Shown in pieces: positions 48,748-59,070 of a DNA stretch of 64,000 nucleotides. The stretch lies in NCBI GenBank assembly GCA_018657845.1, contig JABHWJ010000033.1, positions 12,834 through 76,833 on the forward strand. Direction: 5' to 3'. The position numbers and the translations under genes are program-made. Position 1 is the stretch's first letter. Every line of letters starts with the position of its first letter. Origin of the DNA: Candidatus Woesearchaeota archaeon (lineage in GTDB: Archaea > Nanobdellota > Nanobdellia > Woesearchaeales > GW2011-AR9). Under the pieces are notes generated by a model. The model searched no databases and was not told the origin of the DNA. It saw only the letters and a program-made list of their open reading frames with translations.

Positions 48748-49152
48748 ATGGATTCAAATATAGGTAGTAAAATTCTAACATATTGTGGTGGATTAGCACT
48801 GATTACTTCTATTGGTGTTTCTTTAGGTTCTATTTATAAAATGAACAACATTCAAGAAAACGGTCCTGCCCACATGGAATTAGCCCAATCTTCTCAAGAG
48901 TTAAGCAAACTTGAACGGGACATTCTTGATTGTCTCACCTTAGAAACTAGCCTCTCTTCTAATTGTACAGATCAAACCACTAACTATGCAACTAAAAAGA
49001 TTAAATATGATACCTTACATGCAAGTCCAGAACACCAACAAGAACTTGCAGATATTGAATCATATAGAGATCTTAGCAAAAATAGTAGTTATCTTGCCCC
49101 TCTTGGAATCTTAATGGTGTTGGCAGGTATGACTCTAAGAAAGAAAAAATAA
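48748..49152 (+). CDS. Hypothetical membrane-anchored protein
   Basis: N- and C-terminal hydrophobic segments. Confidence 0.35.
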   Translation: MDSNIGSKILTYCGGLALITSIGVSLGSIYKMNNIQENGPAHMELAQSSQELSKLERDILDCLTLETSLSSNCTDQTTNYATKKIKYDTLHASPEHQQELADIESYRDLSKNSSYLAPLGILMVLAGMTLRKKK

Positions 49153-49153
49153 A

Positions 49154-49855
49154 TCAATTCAACTCTTTAACTTTTCCAAAAGAATAAACTTTTTCTTCAC
49201 CAACAATAAACACATTAAAGTTAGAAACATCTTCTAAAAACGGACTTAACAATTCTCCCTGTAAAACATTTGTCCCTTCAGTAACTAAATTAAACGAAGG
49301 CATTACTACCAGATCTTTACCAGAAAACTTTCCCAATAAAAAACATTTATACTTCTCCATCCGAGGATATTCACTTATTGTAACTGCTGGATGTTCATGA
49401 CCAATAATTAAGAATTTAACCTCAGAAGGAATCTCCACTAATTTATCTCCATGAATAATTAAACCCTCACCAATTCTAACTGAATCAACTACTTCCACAT
49501 TTTTCTTATCTGCAATTGGTCCTAAAATAACATCATGATTTCCTTTTACTAACACAACCTCCCCTTTTGATAATAAAAACTCCAACAATTTCAAAGTATG
49601 TCTCCATTCCGTTGCCGATATCGTCCCAAACTCATGTTTTAAATCCCCATTCACCACAACCTTCTCCACATCTAACCCTTCAAAAACTCTCTTTAACCTC
49701 TGCATAATATCTTCAAATTGATACCTAGGCACTAGGACTCCTTCTTTGTTTAAGGCCTCTTCATATCCAATGTGTACATCCCCTAACACCAAAACCTTTT
49801 CCTCGACAAAATACAAACACAAGTCCAAAATCCGCACACCATTGATAATCTCCAT
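49154..49855 (-). CDS. mpe: Calcineurin-like metallophosphoesterase (MPE), partner of Lhr
   Basis: 'LGDVHIG', 'NGDLKH', 'GNHD', 'GHEH' motifs; 1-nt gap from the upstream helicase gene. Confidence 0.7.
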   Translation of the reverse strand: MEIINGVRILDLCLYFVEEKVLVLGDVHIGYEEALNKEGVLVPRYQFEDIMQRLKRVFEGLDVEKVVVNGDLKHEFGTISATEWRHTLKLLEFLLSKGEVVLVKGNHDVILGPIADKKNVEVVDSVRIGEGLIIHGDKLVEIPSEVKFLIIGHEHPAVTISEYPRMEKYKCFLLGKFSGKDLVVMPSFNLVTEGTNVLQGELLSPFLEDVSNFNVFIVGEEKVYSFGKVKELN

Positions 49856-49856
49856 T

Positions 49857-52742
49857 TTAAATTTCCTTCAGTTTTTTAAACACTATTTTACTTAATTTTT
49901 TCGACCATTCTTTCTTAATATCTTTCTCTCTATCTCTTAATTCCCTAATTACATCTAATCTTATATCTAAATGGCCTTCTAATAATCTTACAATCTGTTC
50001 CTTAACAAAGAAAGGAACTTTTTCCAAATTCATAACCTCAATCTTAAGTTCTTCCATCTCCTCATCTCTACTCTCATTTAACCTCTCTTCAGCTTTCTTC
50101 CACTCTTCATAATAATCAAATCCTTCGTCAACAACGCCCTTCTTTCCTTTCCCTTGTTTCAAAGAAATCTTCACTAAAACTAATTGATGCATCCTCTGTA
50201 AAAACTGCATCTTATCCTCTAATTTAATTACATCCATCACTCCTTGTAATACAACTTTAAAAGCAAAAGGCGAAGGAACATTCGTCTCCATTTCTACCAC
50301 ATCGACTCGACCAGTTTTAATCCCTTCCAAAACGCTCTCGGCATTAATAATATCCATCTGATCCTCAAGAACCTCACGTCGCGCCTCTTTTAATAAAGAA
50401 AAATTAGGAGAGATTCTTTTCAACGCACTCATCAAAATCATCGAACTAACTTGTTTCATTCCTACTCTTTTCTTTCGACCCATATAATTCCTTAGAATCA
50501 TCAAAGCCCTTTCTGCCACGTGCCTAAACCTTCTACGTAAAACTTCAGAACCTTCAATAGCTTGTTCCATCACTGCCCTAGCATCACTCTTCTTAACTAA
50601 TTCTAGAGCTTTCTTAATCTGTCCTTTCCTCGCTAAACCCAAATAAAAACCATTGTCATTCATCCCCAACTCTACGTTTTTATGTCCTTCTTTAGCTAAA
50701 GCAAAAGCTATCATTCTTGATAACACGTCATTAACTCTTCGACCAAATAAAGTATGAAACACAATCTTCTTTCTACCTTCTTCGTCGGCATAATGTTCTA
50801 CTAAAATCTTTTTGTCATGTGGTAACATCCCCATATATTTATATTGTTCATTGAAATAATTATACAATGCCACACTAGTCTTTCCATCAATGTAAAGATA
50901 TTTTTCAATAAATTCCAAGATTTCCTTTTTCTTTTTTCCCGCAATAAAATATCCTCCCATCAATCTCCTAAATTTCTGAATCTCCATTGCTAAATCAAAA
51001 CTCAAGGGTAACATCTCTGAAACCCAAGAAGGAATTGTTGGTGGCCGATTCACTGCTGCAGTAACAAACGCAGCCATTCCTTTTGCATATCTAAACTCGT
51101 ATGTATTCCCTCCCAAAACAAAAACATCTCTCGGCTTTAACCTCTCTAAGAATCCTTCATCGAGAGTTCCTACTATCATCGTTCCGACTTTAACTTTAAC
51201 TGCAGTCCGATCAGGAATCGTTCCTATATTCATAGAATAAATAACTCGAGTCATTCTTCCCCTTTTCCCGACCTTACCTTTATTCCGCCAAATCTTGGCA
51301 TAGACATGTCGATCTTCAAGAGAAACAAACTCTCCAGCAAGATAACTCAACAATTCATTAAAATCTACCCGACTTAAATTAGAATAACAATAACTTTCTT
51401 TTACCGTTTTAAACAACTCGTCCTCTTCCCAAACTTGTTCAATTGCCATCCCCAACAAATGTTGAGCGAGAACATCTAAAGCATGTCTAGGAATGTGAAT
51501 CCGATCAATTTTCTTTTCAATAGCTGCCTTCAACAAAACTGCACATTCTACTAAATCGTCTCTATCTAAAACAATAATTCTTCCTTTAGTAGTCGAATGT
51601 AATTGGTGTCCACTCCTTCCAATCCTCTGTAAGGCTCGGGCCACAGACTTTGGACTTCCCAAACAAATAACTAAATCAATGAAACCAATATCTATCCCTA
51701 ATTCTAAAGAAGTACTACACACCACAACTTTCTTTTTACCTTCACGTAAATCTTGTTCCAGTTGCTTCCTATGTTCAGCACTCAAACTTCCGTGGTGCGC
51801 CCCAATATTTTCTAAATTATAATTTTTAGGAAATTTATTTTTCAAATAATCGACCACTCTCTCAGTAGCTGCTCTTGTATTTGTAAAAATCAAAGTAGTC
51901 TTATGTTGTTGTACTAATTTGTTAACCATTTCATACAACTTCTTATGTAAGTGTTCATGAGAAACATTAATCAAATCTGGAACTGGACTCAACACTTTAA
52001 GATCCATCTCTTTTATGAATTGTACATCAATGATTTTTCCATCGCGATTAGTTCCAAACAGATATTTAGCAATCTCTTCTAAAGGAGCTACTGTGGCTGA
52101 TAATCCTACTCTGGCCATATGGCTACTCAAATAAGACAATCGTTCCATACTCAAACTTAAGTGTACCCCTCTTTTATTCTCAGCCAAGGCATGAACTTCA
52201 TCAGCAATAAACCATTGCACGTCTTTCAAGTGTTCTCGAAACTTTGGAGCACAAAGTAGAATTCCTAAAGACTCTGGAGTTGTAATTAAAATATGAGGGA
52301 CATTTTTCAACATCTTACTTCTTTCAGCTTGAGTAGTATCTCCAGTTCTTACTGCTACCCGGATCCCTAGTTCCTTTCCATGAATCTCTTCCATCTCTTT
52401 CAATGGTTCTAATAAATTCTTTCCAATATCATTATTCAATGCCTTCAACGGAGAGATGTAAACACAATAAACCTTATCTTCTAAAATTCCCTTAATAGCA
52501 GAATCTACCAATTCATTCAGAACTGCCATAAATGCAGTTAGAGTTTTAGTCGCTCCGGTTGGTGCACTAACCAACACATTCTGCCGAGCATGGATCTCCA
52601 AAACCCCATACAACTGTGGGAGTGAAAACTCTTTAAACCTAGAAAAGAACCATTTCTCCACCAAAGGAGTAAGGATCTTCTTTACCTGTTTCTCGGTATT
52701 TGGTTCATTTTTATATTCTATCATCTTGTCATTAAACATCAT
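49857..52742 (-). CDS. lhr: Lhr-type large superfamily-2 DEVH helicase
   Basis: Walker A 'SAPTGATKT', 'DEVH' box, 961 aa with long C-terminal extension; operonic with the MPE gene. Confidence 0.75.
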   Translation of the reverse strand: MMFNDKMIEYKNEPNTEKQVKKILTPLVEKWFFSRFKEFSLPQLYGVLEIHARQNVLVSAPTGATKTLTAFMAVLNELVDSAIKGILEDKVYCVYISPLKALNNDIGKNLLEPLKEMEEIHGKELGIRVAVRTGDTTQAERSKMLKNVPHILITTPESLGILLCAPKFREHLKDVQWFIADEVHALAENKRGVHLSLSMERLSYLSSHMARVGLSATVAPLEEIAKYLFGTNRDGKIIDVQFIKEMDLKVLSPVPDLINVSHEHLHKKLYEMVNKLVQQHKTTLIFTNTRAATERVVDYLKNKFPKNYNLENIGAHHGSLSAEHRKQLEQDLREGKKKVVVCSTSLELGIDIGFIDLVICLGSPKSVARALQRIGRSGHQLHSTTKGRIIVLDRDDLVECAVLLKAAIEKKIDRIHIPRHALDVLAQHLLGMAIEQVWEEDELFKTVKESYCYSNLSRVDFNELLSYLAGEFVSLEDRHVYAKIWRNKGKVGKRGRMTRVIYSMNIGTIPDRTAVKVKVGTMIVGTLDEGFLERLKPRDVFVLGGNTYEFRYAKGMAAFVTAAVNRPPTIPSWVSEMLPLSFDLAMEIQKFRRLMGGYFIAGKKKKEILEFIEKYLYIDGKTSVALYNYFNEQYKYMGMLPHDKKILVEHYADEEGRKKIVFHTLFGRRVNDVLSRMIAFALAKEGHKNVELGMNDNGFYLGLARKGQIKKALELVKKSDARAVMEQAIEGSEVLRRRFRHVAERALMILRNYMGRKKRVGMKQVSSMILMSALKRISPNFSLLKEARREVLEDQMDIINAESVLEGIKTGRVDVVEMETNVPSPFAFKVVLQGVMDVIKLEDKMQFLQRMHQLVLVKISLKQGKGKKGVVDEGFDYYEEWKKAEERLNESRDEEMEELKIEVMNLEKVPFFVKEQIVRLLEGHLDIRLDVIRELRDREKDIKKEWSKKLSKIVFKKLKEI

Positions 52743-52890
52743 CTAGAAACTTTTATCTCCTATTCTTAACCTGATTTAAAAAACTATTCTTTATTTTTTA
52801 CTAGAAAACATTTATATATTATCTCTACTAACTCAACTTAAACACATTTCTAAGAGAGGATAGATTAAACAGTGAGGAAGAATAACAAAA

Positions 52891-53406
52891 ATGACTCTAA
52901 TTTCCGGTATCGAATCAACATTAGATACGTATCAACAAGTCTGTGCTAACCCAGATAATGCAATAAAAAATTTATTGACTGCAGCACAGAAAACCTCTCC
53001 TCTTCTGAGGGAAGTCATTGAAGGAAAAACCACTTTTGTTGAAACTTACCAACCAATACTTGAACATTACAATAACTGGTTGAATTTCTTTGTTCCTCCC
53101 TGGATAAAGCGTTATGAAAAAGATCTGGCCAAAGAAAATAGAGTTTTAATTGATGATTATGGATTAACAAATCAAGTTAAAGCATTACTTACTCCCTTAA
53201 CACTTTCTTTAGCAGGCGCAGGATTGGCAATGTTGGTAGAAGCACCAGTAGAAATGGCTAGCAATAATTCTCCGGTTGGTTTCATTGTGGGATTTGCCAC
53301 AGTTGTAGGAACTGCATTAAAAAGCAATCAATATTTTGAGAGAATCAAACTAGAACGAGATTTAAAATTCCTAGACAAACAAGTAGCTAAGTACTTTCAT
53401 CAATAG
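52891..53406 (+). CDS. Hypothetical protein (171 aa)
   Basis: ORF only; one hydrophobic segment. Confidence 0.4.
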   Translation: MTLISGIESTLDTYQQVCANPDNAIKNLLTAAQKTSPLLREVIEGKTTFVETYQPILEHYNNWLNFFVPPWIKRYEKDLAKENRVLIDDYGLTNQVKALLTPLTLSLAGAGLAMLVEAPVEMASNNSPVGFIVGFATVVGTALKSNQYFERIKLERDLKFLDKQVAKYFHQ

Positions 53407-53478
53407 AAACCTTTAAAAAGAACCCTCACTTTATCAAACAAAAAGATAGGTAAAATATATTCTTAAGGTGTTAAAAAC

Positions 53479-54108
53479 ATGGAAAATCAATTAAAAACTG
53501 GAACTACAACTGTTGGAATTGTTTGCAAAGATGGAATCGTCCTTGCTGCAGATAAAAGAGCGACTGCTGGAAATCTCATCGTAGATAAAAAAGCAGACAA
53601 AGTACACACCATTTCAGATCACATTGCTGTGACCATTGCAGGAGGAGTATCTGATGCTCAGCTTATGATCAAGCTTCTCAAAGCAGAACTAAAACTAAAA
53701 GAAGTTAGAACTAACAAGGTTCCAACTTCAAAAGAAACTGCAAATCTTTTAGGAGGCTTACTATTCTCTAATATTAGAAGAATGAGTATGATTCCAGGAA
53801 TTGCCCATTTCCTTATGGGTGGCCGGGATAGATTAGGGTGTCATTTGTATGATCTCTTCCCTGATGGAAGTGTTACCAAGATTACTGATTATGTGTCTTC
53901 AGGATCAGGTAGTGTAATGGCTTATGGAGTATTAGAAAGCCAATATTCCCAAAACCTAACTACAGAAGAAGGGATAAAATTAGCTACTGTTGCTGTTAAT
54001 GCTGCTCTACAAAGAGATAGTTGTTCCGGAAACGGACTTGATGTTGTTGTCGTCAAGAATGAAGGAATAAAAAATGCATTACATAAGGAGCTTAATTACC
54101 AATTTTGA
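53479..54108 (+). CDS. psmB: Proteasome beta subunit (with propeptide)
   Basis: 'TTTVGIVCKDGIVLAADKRAT' (Thr1 active site) after the short propeptide 'MENQLKTG'. Confidence 0.9.
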   Translation: MENQLKTGTTTVGIVCKDGIVLAADKRATAGNLIVDKKADKVHTISDHIAVTIAGGVSDAQLMIKLLKAELKLKEVRTNKVPTSKETANLLGGLLFSNIRRMSMIPGIAHFLMGGRDRLGCHLYDLFPDGSVTKITDYVSSGSGSVMAYGVLESQYSQNLTTEEGIKLATVAVNAALQRDSCSGNGLDVVVVKNEGIKNALHKELNYQF

Positions 54109-54165
54109 AGATTCTAATTTATTAAATTATATTTTTTAAATTTATTAACTGTGAGGAACTGTAAA

Positions 54166-56055
54166 ATGTCAAATATACTAAAAGAAATTGTTAAGATATT
54201 ACCAGAAGGTAAAATCTCTGAAGCTACTTTTGAAGCTGCCAATATTGTACTTTATACCAAAGACAAAGAATACTTCTTAGACAATAAAGGAACCATTAGG
54301 GATGCTGTTCGTCAATTCAAAAAAAGAATTGAACTGAGACCAGACCCTTCTACAACCATGCCCTTAGAAGATGCTGAAAAAAAGATCAAAGAAATCCTTC
54401 CTGAAGATGCAGGAGTACAAGAATTAATTTTTGATGCCCCTAGATCTATTGTTATCATTCACGTAGAAAAACCTGGAATTGCTATCGGAAAACAGGGTTC
54501 ATTATTACAAGATGTTAAAAAAGAAACCCTTTGGGTTCCTGTAATCAAAAGAATTCCTCCAATAAGATCAAAATTAATTGAAAGCATTCGTGCTGTCCTT
54601 TATGAAAATGCCACAGAGCGTAAGAAATTTCTTAATACAACTGGCCACCGGATTTATGATGGTTGGCTCAGAGAGAAAAAACATGAATGGGTTAGAATTT
54701 CCTTCCTTGGTGCAGCCAGACAAGTAGGAAGAGCTTGTTTCTTATTACAAACTCCCGAATCAAGAATTCTAATTGATTGTGGTATCGACCCTGGAGAAGA
54801 TGGTCCAGAATCATATCCATTTCTTGATGCTCCGGAATTTAATATCTCTGAGTTAGATGCAGTAATTGTCTCTCACTCCCATTTAGATCACTCTGGATTA
54901 ATTCCTTATTTATTTAAATTTGGATACCAAGGACCAATCTATTGTACTCTCCCTACTCGGGATGTTATGTCTTTATTACAATTAGACATGGTAAAAATCC
55001 AAAGATCAGAAGGTAAAGATCCCATCTTTACTTCAGAAGATATCAAAAATATGGTTCTTCATACCATCACCGTAGAGTACGATGAAGTAACTGACATAAC
55101 TCCAGATGTAAGATTAACTTTTTACAATTCTGGCCACATCTTAGGAAGTTCTCTTGTTCATTTAAACATTGGTAATGGGCTCCATAATTTTGTGTACACT
55201 GGAGATTTAAAGTATGGAAGAACTAATGTTTTAGAACCAGCCAACACCCAATTTCCTAGAGTTGAAACCTTAATGATTGAAGCCACCTATGGTGGAAAAG
55301 ACAACATCATGGCCGAACAAGAAGCTGATGAATACATGATCAAAGTCATCCAAGATACTTTTGCTAGGGAAGGAAAAGTCCTTATGCCTGTACTTGGATC
55401 TGGTCGTGCCCAAGAAGTTATGGTCATCATAGAACGTCTAATGCGTGAAGGAAAGATCCCTAAGGCCCCGGTTTACATAGATGGGATGCTGTGGGACATA
55501 ACTGCTATCCACACCGCGTATCCAGAATTCCTTAACCGGAACATTAGGCAACAAATCTTCCATAAAGATAATAATCCTTTCTTATCTGAAATCTTCAAAA
55601 GAGTTGGATCACATAAAGAAAGAAAAGGAGTTATGTTAGAAACTGGGGCTTGTTTAATCTTAGCAACTTCAGGTATGCTTATGGGTGGACCATCAGTAGA
55701 ATATCTTAAGGGATTGTCAGAAAACAAAAATAATTCCTTAATCTTCTCTTGTTACCAACCACCTGGAAGTATGGGTCATCGGATTAGGGCTGGAGAAAAA
55801 AACATTGCCATGCAAGTGGACGGAAAAACACAAATGATCCAGATGAAGATGGAAATCCACAAAGTGGAAATAACTAACCACTCCGATCGAAGACAATTAA
55901 TGAACTATGTTAAGAGATGTAATCCTTCTCCAAGAAAAGTGATTGTAGTTCATGGAGAGTCGTCTCGATGTCTAGACTTGGCTTCTTCTATTCACAAACA
56001 GAATAGAATAGAAACAGTTGCTCCAAAGAATCTGGAAACAATTAGGATAAGGTAA
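54166..56055 (+). CDS. fttA: aCPSF1/FttA: KH, metallo-beta-lactamase and beta-CASP ribonuclease (transcription termination factor)
   Basis: MBL motif 'HSHLDHSG', beta-CASP motifs, N-terminal KH region. ATG at 54166 with 'gaggaa' 8 nt upstream; the ORF track start at 54151 is a GTG. Confidence 0.9.
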   Translation: MSNILKEIVKILPEGKISEATFEAANIVLYTKDKEYFLDNKGTIRDAVRQFKKRIELRPDPSTTMPLEDAEKKIKEILPEDAGVQELIFDAPRSIVIIHVEKPGIAIGKQGSLLQDVKKETLWVPVIKRIPPIRSKLIESIRAVLYENATERKKFLNTTGHRIYDGWLREKKHEWVRISFLGAARQVGRACFLLQTPESRILIDCGIDPGEDGPESYPFLDAPEFNISELDAVIVSHSHLDHSGLIPYLFKFGYQGPIYCTLPTRDVMSLLQLDMVKIQRSEGKDPIFTSEDIKNMVLHTITVEYDEVTDITPDVRLTFYNSGHILGSSLVHLNIGNGLHNFVYTGDLKYGRTNVLEPANTQFPRVETLMIEATYGGKDNIMAEQEADEYMIKVIQDTFAREGKVLMPVLGSGRAQEVMVIIERLMREGKIPKAPVYIDGMLWDITAIHTAYPEFLNRNIRQQIFHKDNNPFLSEIFKRVGSHKERKGVMLETGACLILATSGMLMGGPSVEYLKGLSENKNNSLIFSCYQPPGSMGHRIRAGEKNIAMQVDGKTQMIQMKMEIHKVEITNHSDRRQLMNYVKRCNPSPRKVIVVHGESSRCLDLASSIHKQNRIETVAPKNLETIRIR

Positions 56056-56078
56056 TTTCTTTTTTTTATTTCCTAAAC

Positions 56079-56088
56079 TTTTATAAAT
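56079..56088 (+). promoter_or_regulatory. Candidate TATA box for tRNA-Ser
   Basis: 'ttttataaat' ~27-36 nt upstream of the mature 5' end at 56115. Confidence 0.4.
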
Positions 56089-56114
56089 GAGATATTTATT
56101 TTCTAAGCATTAGT

Positions 56115-56247
56115 GCCAACGTGGGACAATCTGGTACTCCGCAAGCCTGGAAAGCTTGTTTCCGCAAGGATATCCCGGTTCAAATGTTTGCGAGTTCCGA
56201 GTAAACACTCAGGAGCTCCGATCTTGAAAGTCCGGGCGTTGGCGCCA
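56115..56247 (+). tRNA. tRNA-Ser (anticodon GGA) candidate with a 46-nt non-canonical intron in the T-loop region and encoded CCA
   Basis: Acceptor GCCAACG (56115-21) pairs with CGTTGGC (56237-43), then G-CCA. Anticodon stem CAAGC/GCTTG with loop CTGGAAA. Long variable arm TCC-GCAA-GGA. T-stem CCCGG (56174-78) pairs with CCGGG (56232-36), loop TTCAAAT. Intron 56186..56231. A T-tract follows. Confidence 0.5.
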
Positions 56248-56257
56248 TTTCTTTTTT
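56248..56257 (+). terminator. Oligo-T archaeal terminator after tRNA-Ser
   Basis: 'tttctttttt' immediately 3' of the CCA. Confidence 0.35.
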
Positions 56258-56303
56258 ACATTCACCTATAACATTTATAAATAATAACTTCTTTTCTCCC
56301 TTT

Positions 56304-57050
56304 ATGCAAGACATAAAAAAGAGGCACCATAAACTAAAATATTTATTAATTATTGGTGTAGTTATTGCCCTTTACTTTCTTACCTTAAATTCTCCATGGG
56401 TTAAAACATTATTTGATAATCCAGAAGGAATTCGTAATTTTATTATCTCATTTGGTTTATTTGCCCCGTTAATTATCATCTTACTTCAAACTTTTCAAAC
56501 TATAATTTCTATTATTCCATCTCAATTAACTACAATCATCGCAGGATTCCTTTTTGGTCCAGTCCTCGGAGCAATTTATAGTTTAATTGGTGTAATCCTT
56601 GGCTCTGCCATAACGTTTCTTATCTCTAGAAAATATGGGAAGAAACTAGCTTTAAAATTCTTTGAAAAGAAAGATCTCGTTCATTTAAACCTATTATTCA
56701 AACAAAAAAAAGGTTGGGCTCTTCTCTTAGCCCGTTTAGCCCCGATATTTCCCAATGATTTAGTAAGTTTTGGTGCAGGATTAACTAATATGAAGTTCAG
56801 AAATTTCAATATCTTTTCTACCTTAGGTTTTTCAGTCCAGATAGTTATCCTTTCAATTTTTGGTGGTGACCTCTTCTCTGGTGAAGTGAATCTTTCCATG
56901 GTCTTCATTTCATCGATGGTTGGAGTTCTTATTGTAGTTGCCTTATTTGAAAAAAAAATCAAGCGTTGGATTATTAAGGATTTCCATGAGTTAGAAAAAG
57001 AAGGAAAAATCATCGAAAAAGCCATTGAAAGAGAATTCAAGGAAATTTAA
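56304..57050 (+). CDS. DedA/TVP38 (SNARE-associated) family membrane protein
   Basis: 'LLARLAPIFPNDLVSFGAGLTNMKF' DedA signature; about 5-6 TM helices. Confidence 0.65.
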   Translation: MQDIKKRHHKLKYLLIIGVVIALYFLTLNSPWVKTLFDNPEGIRNFIISFGLFAPLIIILLQTFQTIISIIPSQLTTIIAGFLFGPVLGAIYSLIGVILGSAITFLISRKYGKKLALKFFEKKDLVHLNLLFKQKKGWALLLARLAPIFPNDLVSFGAGLTNMKFRNFNIFSTLGFSVQIVILSIFGGDLFSGEVNLSMVFISSMVGVLIVVALFEKKIKRWIIKDFHELEKEGKIIEKAIEREFKEI

Positions 57051-57090
57051 TCCCAAAACATTAATATAAATATACTCATTTCCTATTCAG

Positions 57091-58350
57091 ATGTCAGAGA
57101 TTACTAACAAAGTTCTTGAGAAAATCAAGCCTACCAAGAAAGAACAACAAAAGTTCTCTAAAATCATTTCTACTTTTCTTAATAAACTGAACTCTAAACT
57201 AAAACCTCTTCAAGCCCAAGCCATTTTAGGAGGCTCTGGCGCTAAAGATACTTGGCTTTCTGGAAACCATGATATAGATATCTTCGTTCAATTTAACTAT
57301 TCAAAACATAAGAACAATTCTGCAGGATTATCTGATCTTCTTGATCCCATAATCAAAAAACTATTTCCTAAAAGAAAACGTATTCATGGTTCAAGAGATT
57401 ACTTCCAAATAAAATACCAAACTATAGAATTTGAAATTGTTCCTATTCTCAAGATATCCAACGCCCAGCAAGCGCTTAATATCACTGATGTTTCTCCCCT
57501 CCATTCAAAATGGGTTAAAAAGAATGCTAGCAAAATTACTGACGAGATTAGATTGGTAAAACAATTCTGCAAAGCCAACAAACTTTATGGCGCAGAATCC
57601 TACATTACTGGTTTCTCTGGATATATTTTGGAAATTCTTACTACCCATTATGGCTCATTTAAAACTCTGCTCCAGAAATCTCTCCATTGGGAAAACAGAG
57701 ATATTTTTGACTTAGAAAAACATTACAAAAACAAAATCCAAGCACTTCACAACATCAATAGATCAAAATTAAATTCTCCCCTGATTATCGTTGATCCTGT
57801 TGATAAAAACAGGAATGCTGCCGCAGCCATGTCATTAGAAAAATTTCTTCTCTTCAAAGAAAAAGCTAGAGAATATCTCAAAAAACCAAGTTTAAAATCC
57901 TTTGAGAAAGAAACCATTACTTTCAAAAAATTAGAACAAAATACCAAACACAATCTTATCTATCTTGAAGTTTCTCCTAAAAAGGGTAAAGAAGATGTTG
58001 TTGGTACCAAATTTCTAAAAGCATTCCTATTCTTAAAGAAACAACTTAAAGATTTTGAGTTATCCGAAGCTGACTGGGATTGGAATAAAAAAGGAAAAGC
58101 TATCTTCTATTTTATTACAGAAAAAAGAAGGATTGAACCTTTCTTCATTAGATCAGGCCCTCCCTTAAAGATGGAAGAGTTTGTCAAAGACTTCAAAAAG
58201 AAAAACAAAGAAACCTTTGAACAAACTGGAAGGGTTATGGCCAAAGTTCCCCGAAAACACGTTGAACTAGAAAAACATGTAAAAGAAATTCTTAAAGATT
58301 CTTATGTAAAAGAAAGAATAAAAGAAATTAAAGTTTTGAAGTTCGGTTAG
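57091..58350 (+). CDS. cca: Archaeal class I tRNA CCA-adding enzyme
   Basis: 'LGGSGAKDTWLSGNHDIDIFVQF' nucleotidyltransferase motif (G[SG]...[DE]h[DE]h) typical of archaeal CCA enzymes; 419 aa. Confidence 0.8.
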   Translation: MSEITNKVLEKIKPTKKEQQKFSKIISTFLNKLNSKLKPLQAQAILGGSGAKDTWLSGNHDIDIFVQFNYSKHKNNSAGLSDLLDPIIKKLFPKRKRIHGSRDYFQIKYQTIEFEIVPILKISNAQQALNITDVSPLHSKWVKKNASKITDEIRLVKQFCKANKLYGAESYITGFSGYILEILTTHYGSFKTLLQKSLHWENRDIFDLEKHYKNKIQALHNINRSKLNSPLIIVDPVDKNRNAAAAMSLEKFLLFKEKAREYLKKPSLKSFEKETITFKKLEQNTKHNLIYLEVSPKKGKEDVVGTKFLKAFLFLKKQLKDFELSEADWDWNKKGKAIFYFITEKRRIEPFFIRSGPPLKMEEFVKDFKKKNKETFEQTGRVMAKVPRKHVELEKHVKEILKDSYVKERIKEIKVLKFG

Positions 58351-58392
58351 TCCTTAAGATAACCTTTTAAACTCTTATTATTTACTTGTTCT

Positions 58393-59001
58393 ATGAAAAA
58401 TGTGTTTAGTAAAAAGAATTATCCTAAGATCCTTCTCACCATATTTCTAGTATTTTGGATTATCGTGGCCATCTCTCCATTATATCGTGGAGTTTGGATT
58501 GCAGAAAATATTCTTACAGTTCTTTTTGTTTCTCTTTTAATCACAACTTATCCTAAATTTAAATTTTCTAATCTCAGTTACACTTTACTCTTTACATTTC
58601 TAATCCTTCACACAATTGGAAGCCATTACAGTTATTCCGGCGTACCATTATTTAATTTAATCAGAGATTTCTTTGAACTTTCTAGAAATCATTATGATCG
58701 TGTAATTCATTTCTTATTCGGATTATTGTTTTTCATCCCTGGTTATGAATTTATTTCTAAGAAACTTAAAGTTAAAGGATTCTGGGGATTGTTCTTAACT
58801 TTCTTAGCCATAACTGCTTTGAAAGGATCTTTTGAAGTTATTGAATATTTGTACCTCCTAATAACTCGGAGCGAAATTATTGGCACCCATTATCTTGGAA
58901 TGCAAGGTGACCAATGGGATGCTCAGAAAGATATGGCTTTGGGAATGCTCGGTTCTGGAATCGCTTGGATCTGGATTTGGTTGAAAGGATTAAAGAAATA
59001 A
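58393..59001 (+). CDS. Polytopic membrane protein of unknown function
   Basis: About 6 hydrophobic helices. Confidence 0.4.
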   Translation: MKNVFSKKNYPKILLTIFLVFWIIVAISPLYRGVWIAENILTVLFVSLLITTYPKFKFSNLSYTLLFTFLILHTIGSHYSYSGVPLFNLIRDFFELSRNHYDRVIHFLFGLLFFIPGYEFISKKLKVKGFWGLFLTFLAITALKGSFEVIEYLYLLITRSEIIGTHYLGMQGDQWDAQKDMALGMLGSGIAWIWIWLKGLKK

Positions 59002-59070
59002 AAAATTAATCAAAATAGAAACCTAAAAACTATTTTTTTTCCACCAAATAATACACATCATTCAAACCCA

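Noticed and set aside
56100-56260. Structured RNA initially considered as SRP RNA or RNase P RNA
   Set aside because: The terminal 7-bp helix followed by G-CCA, the TTCAAAT T-loop and the anticodon stem-loop fit a tRNA with an intron better. The length (133 nt) is too short for SRP or RNase P RNA.
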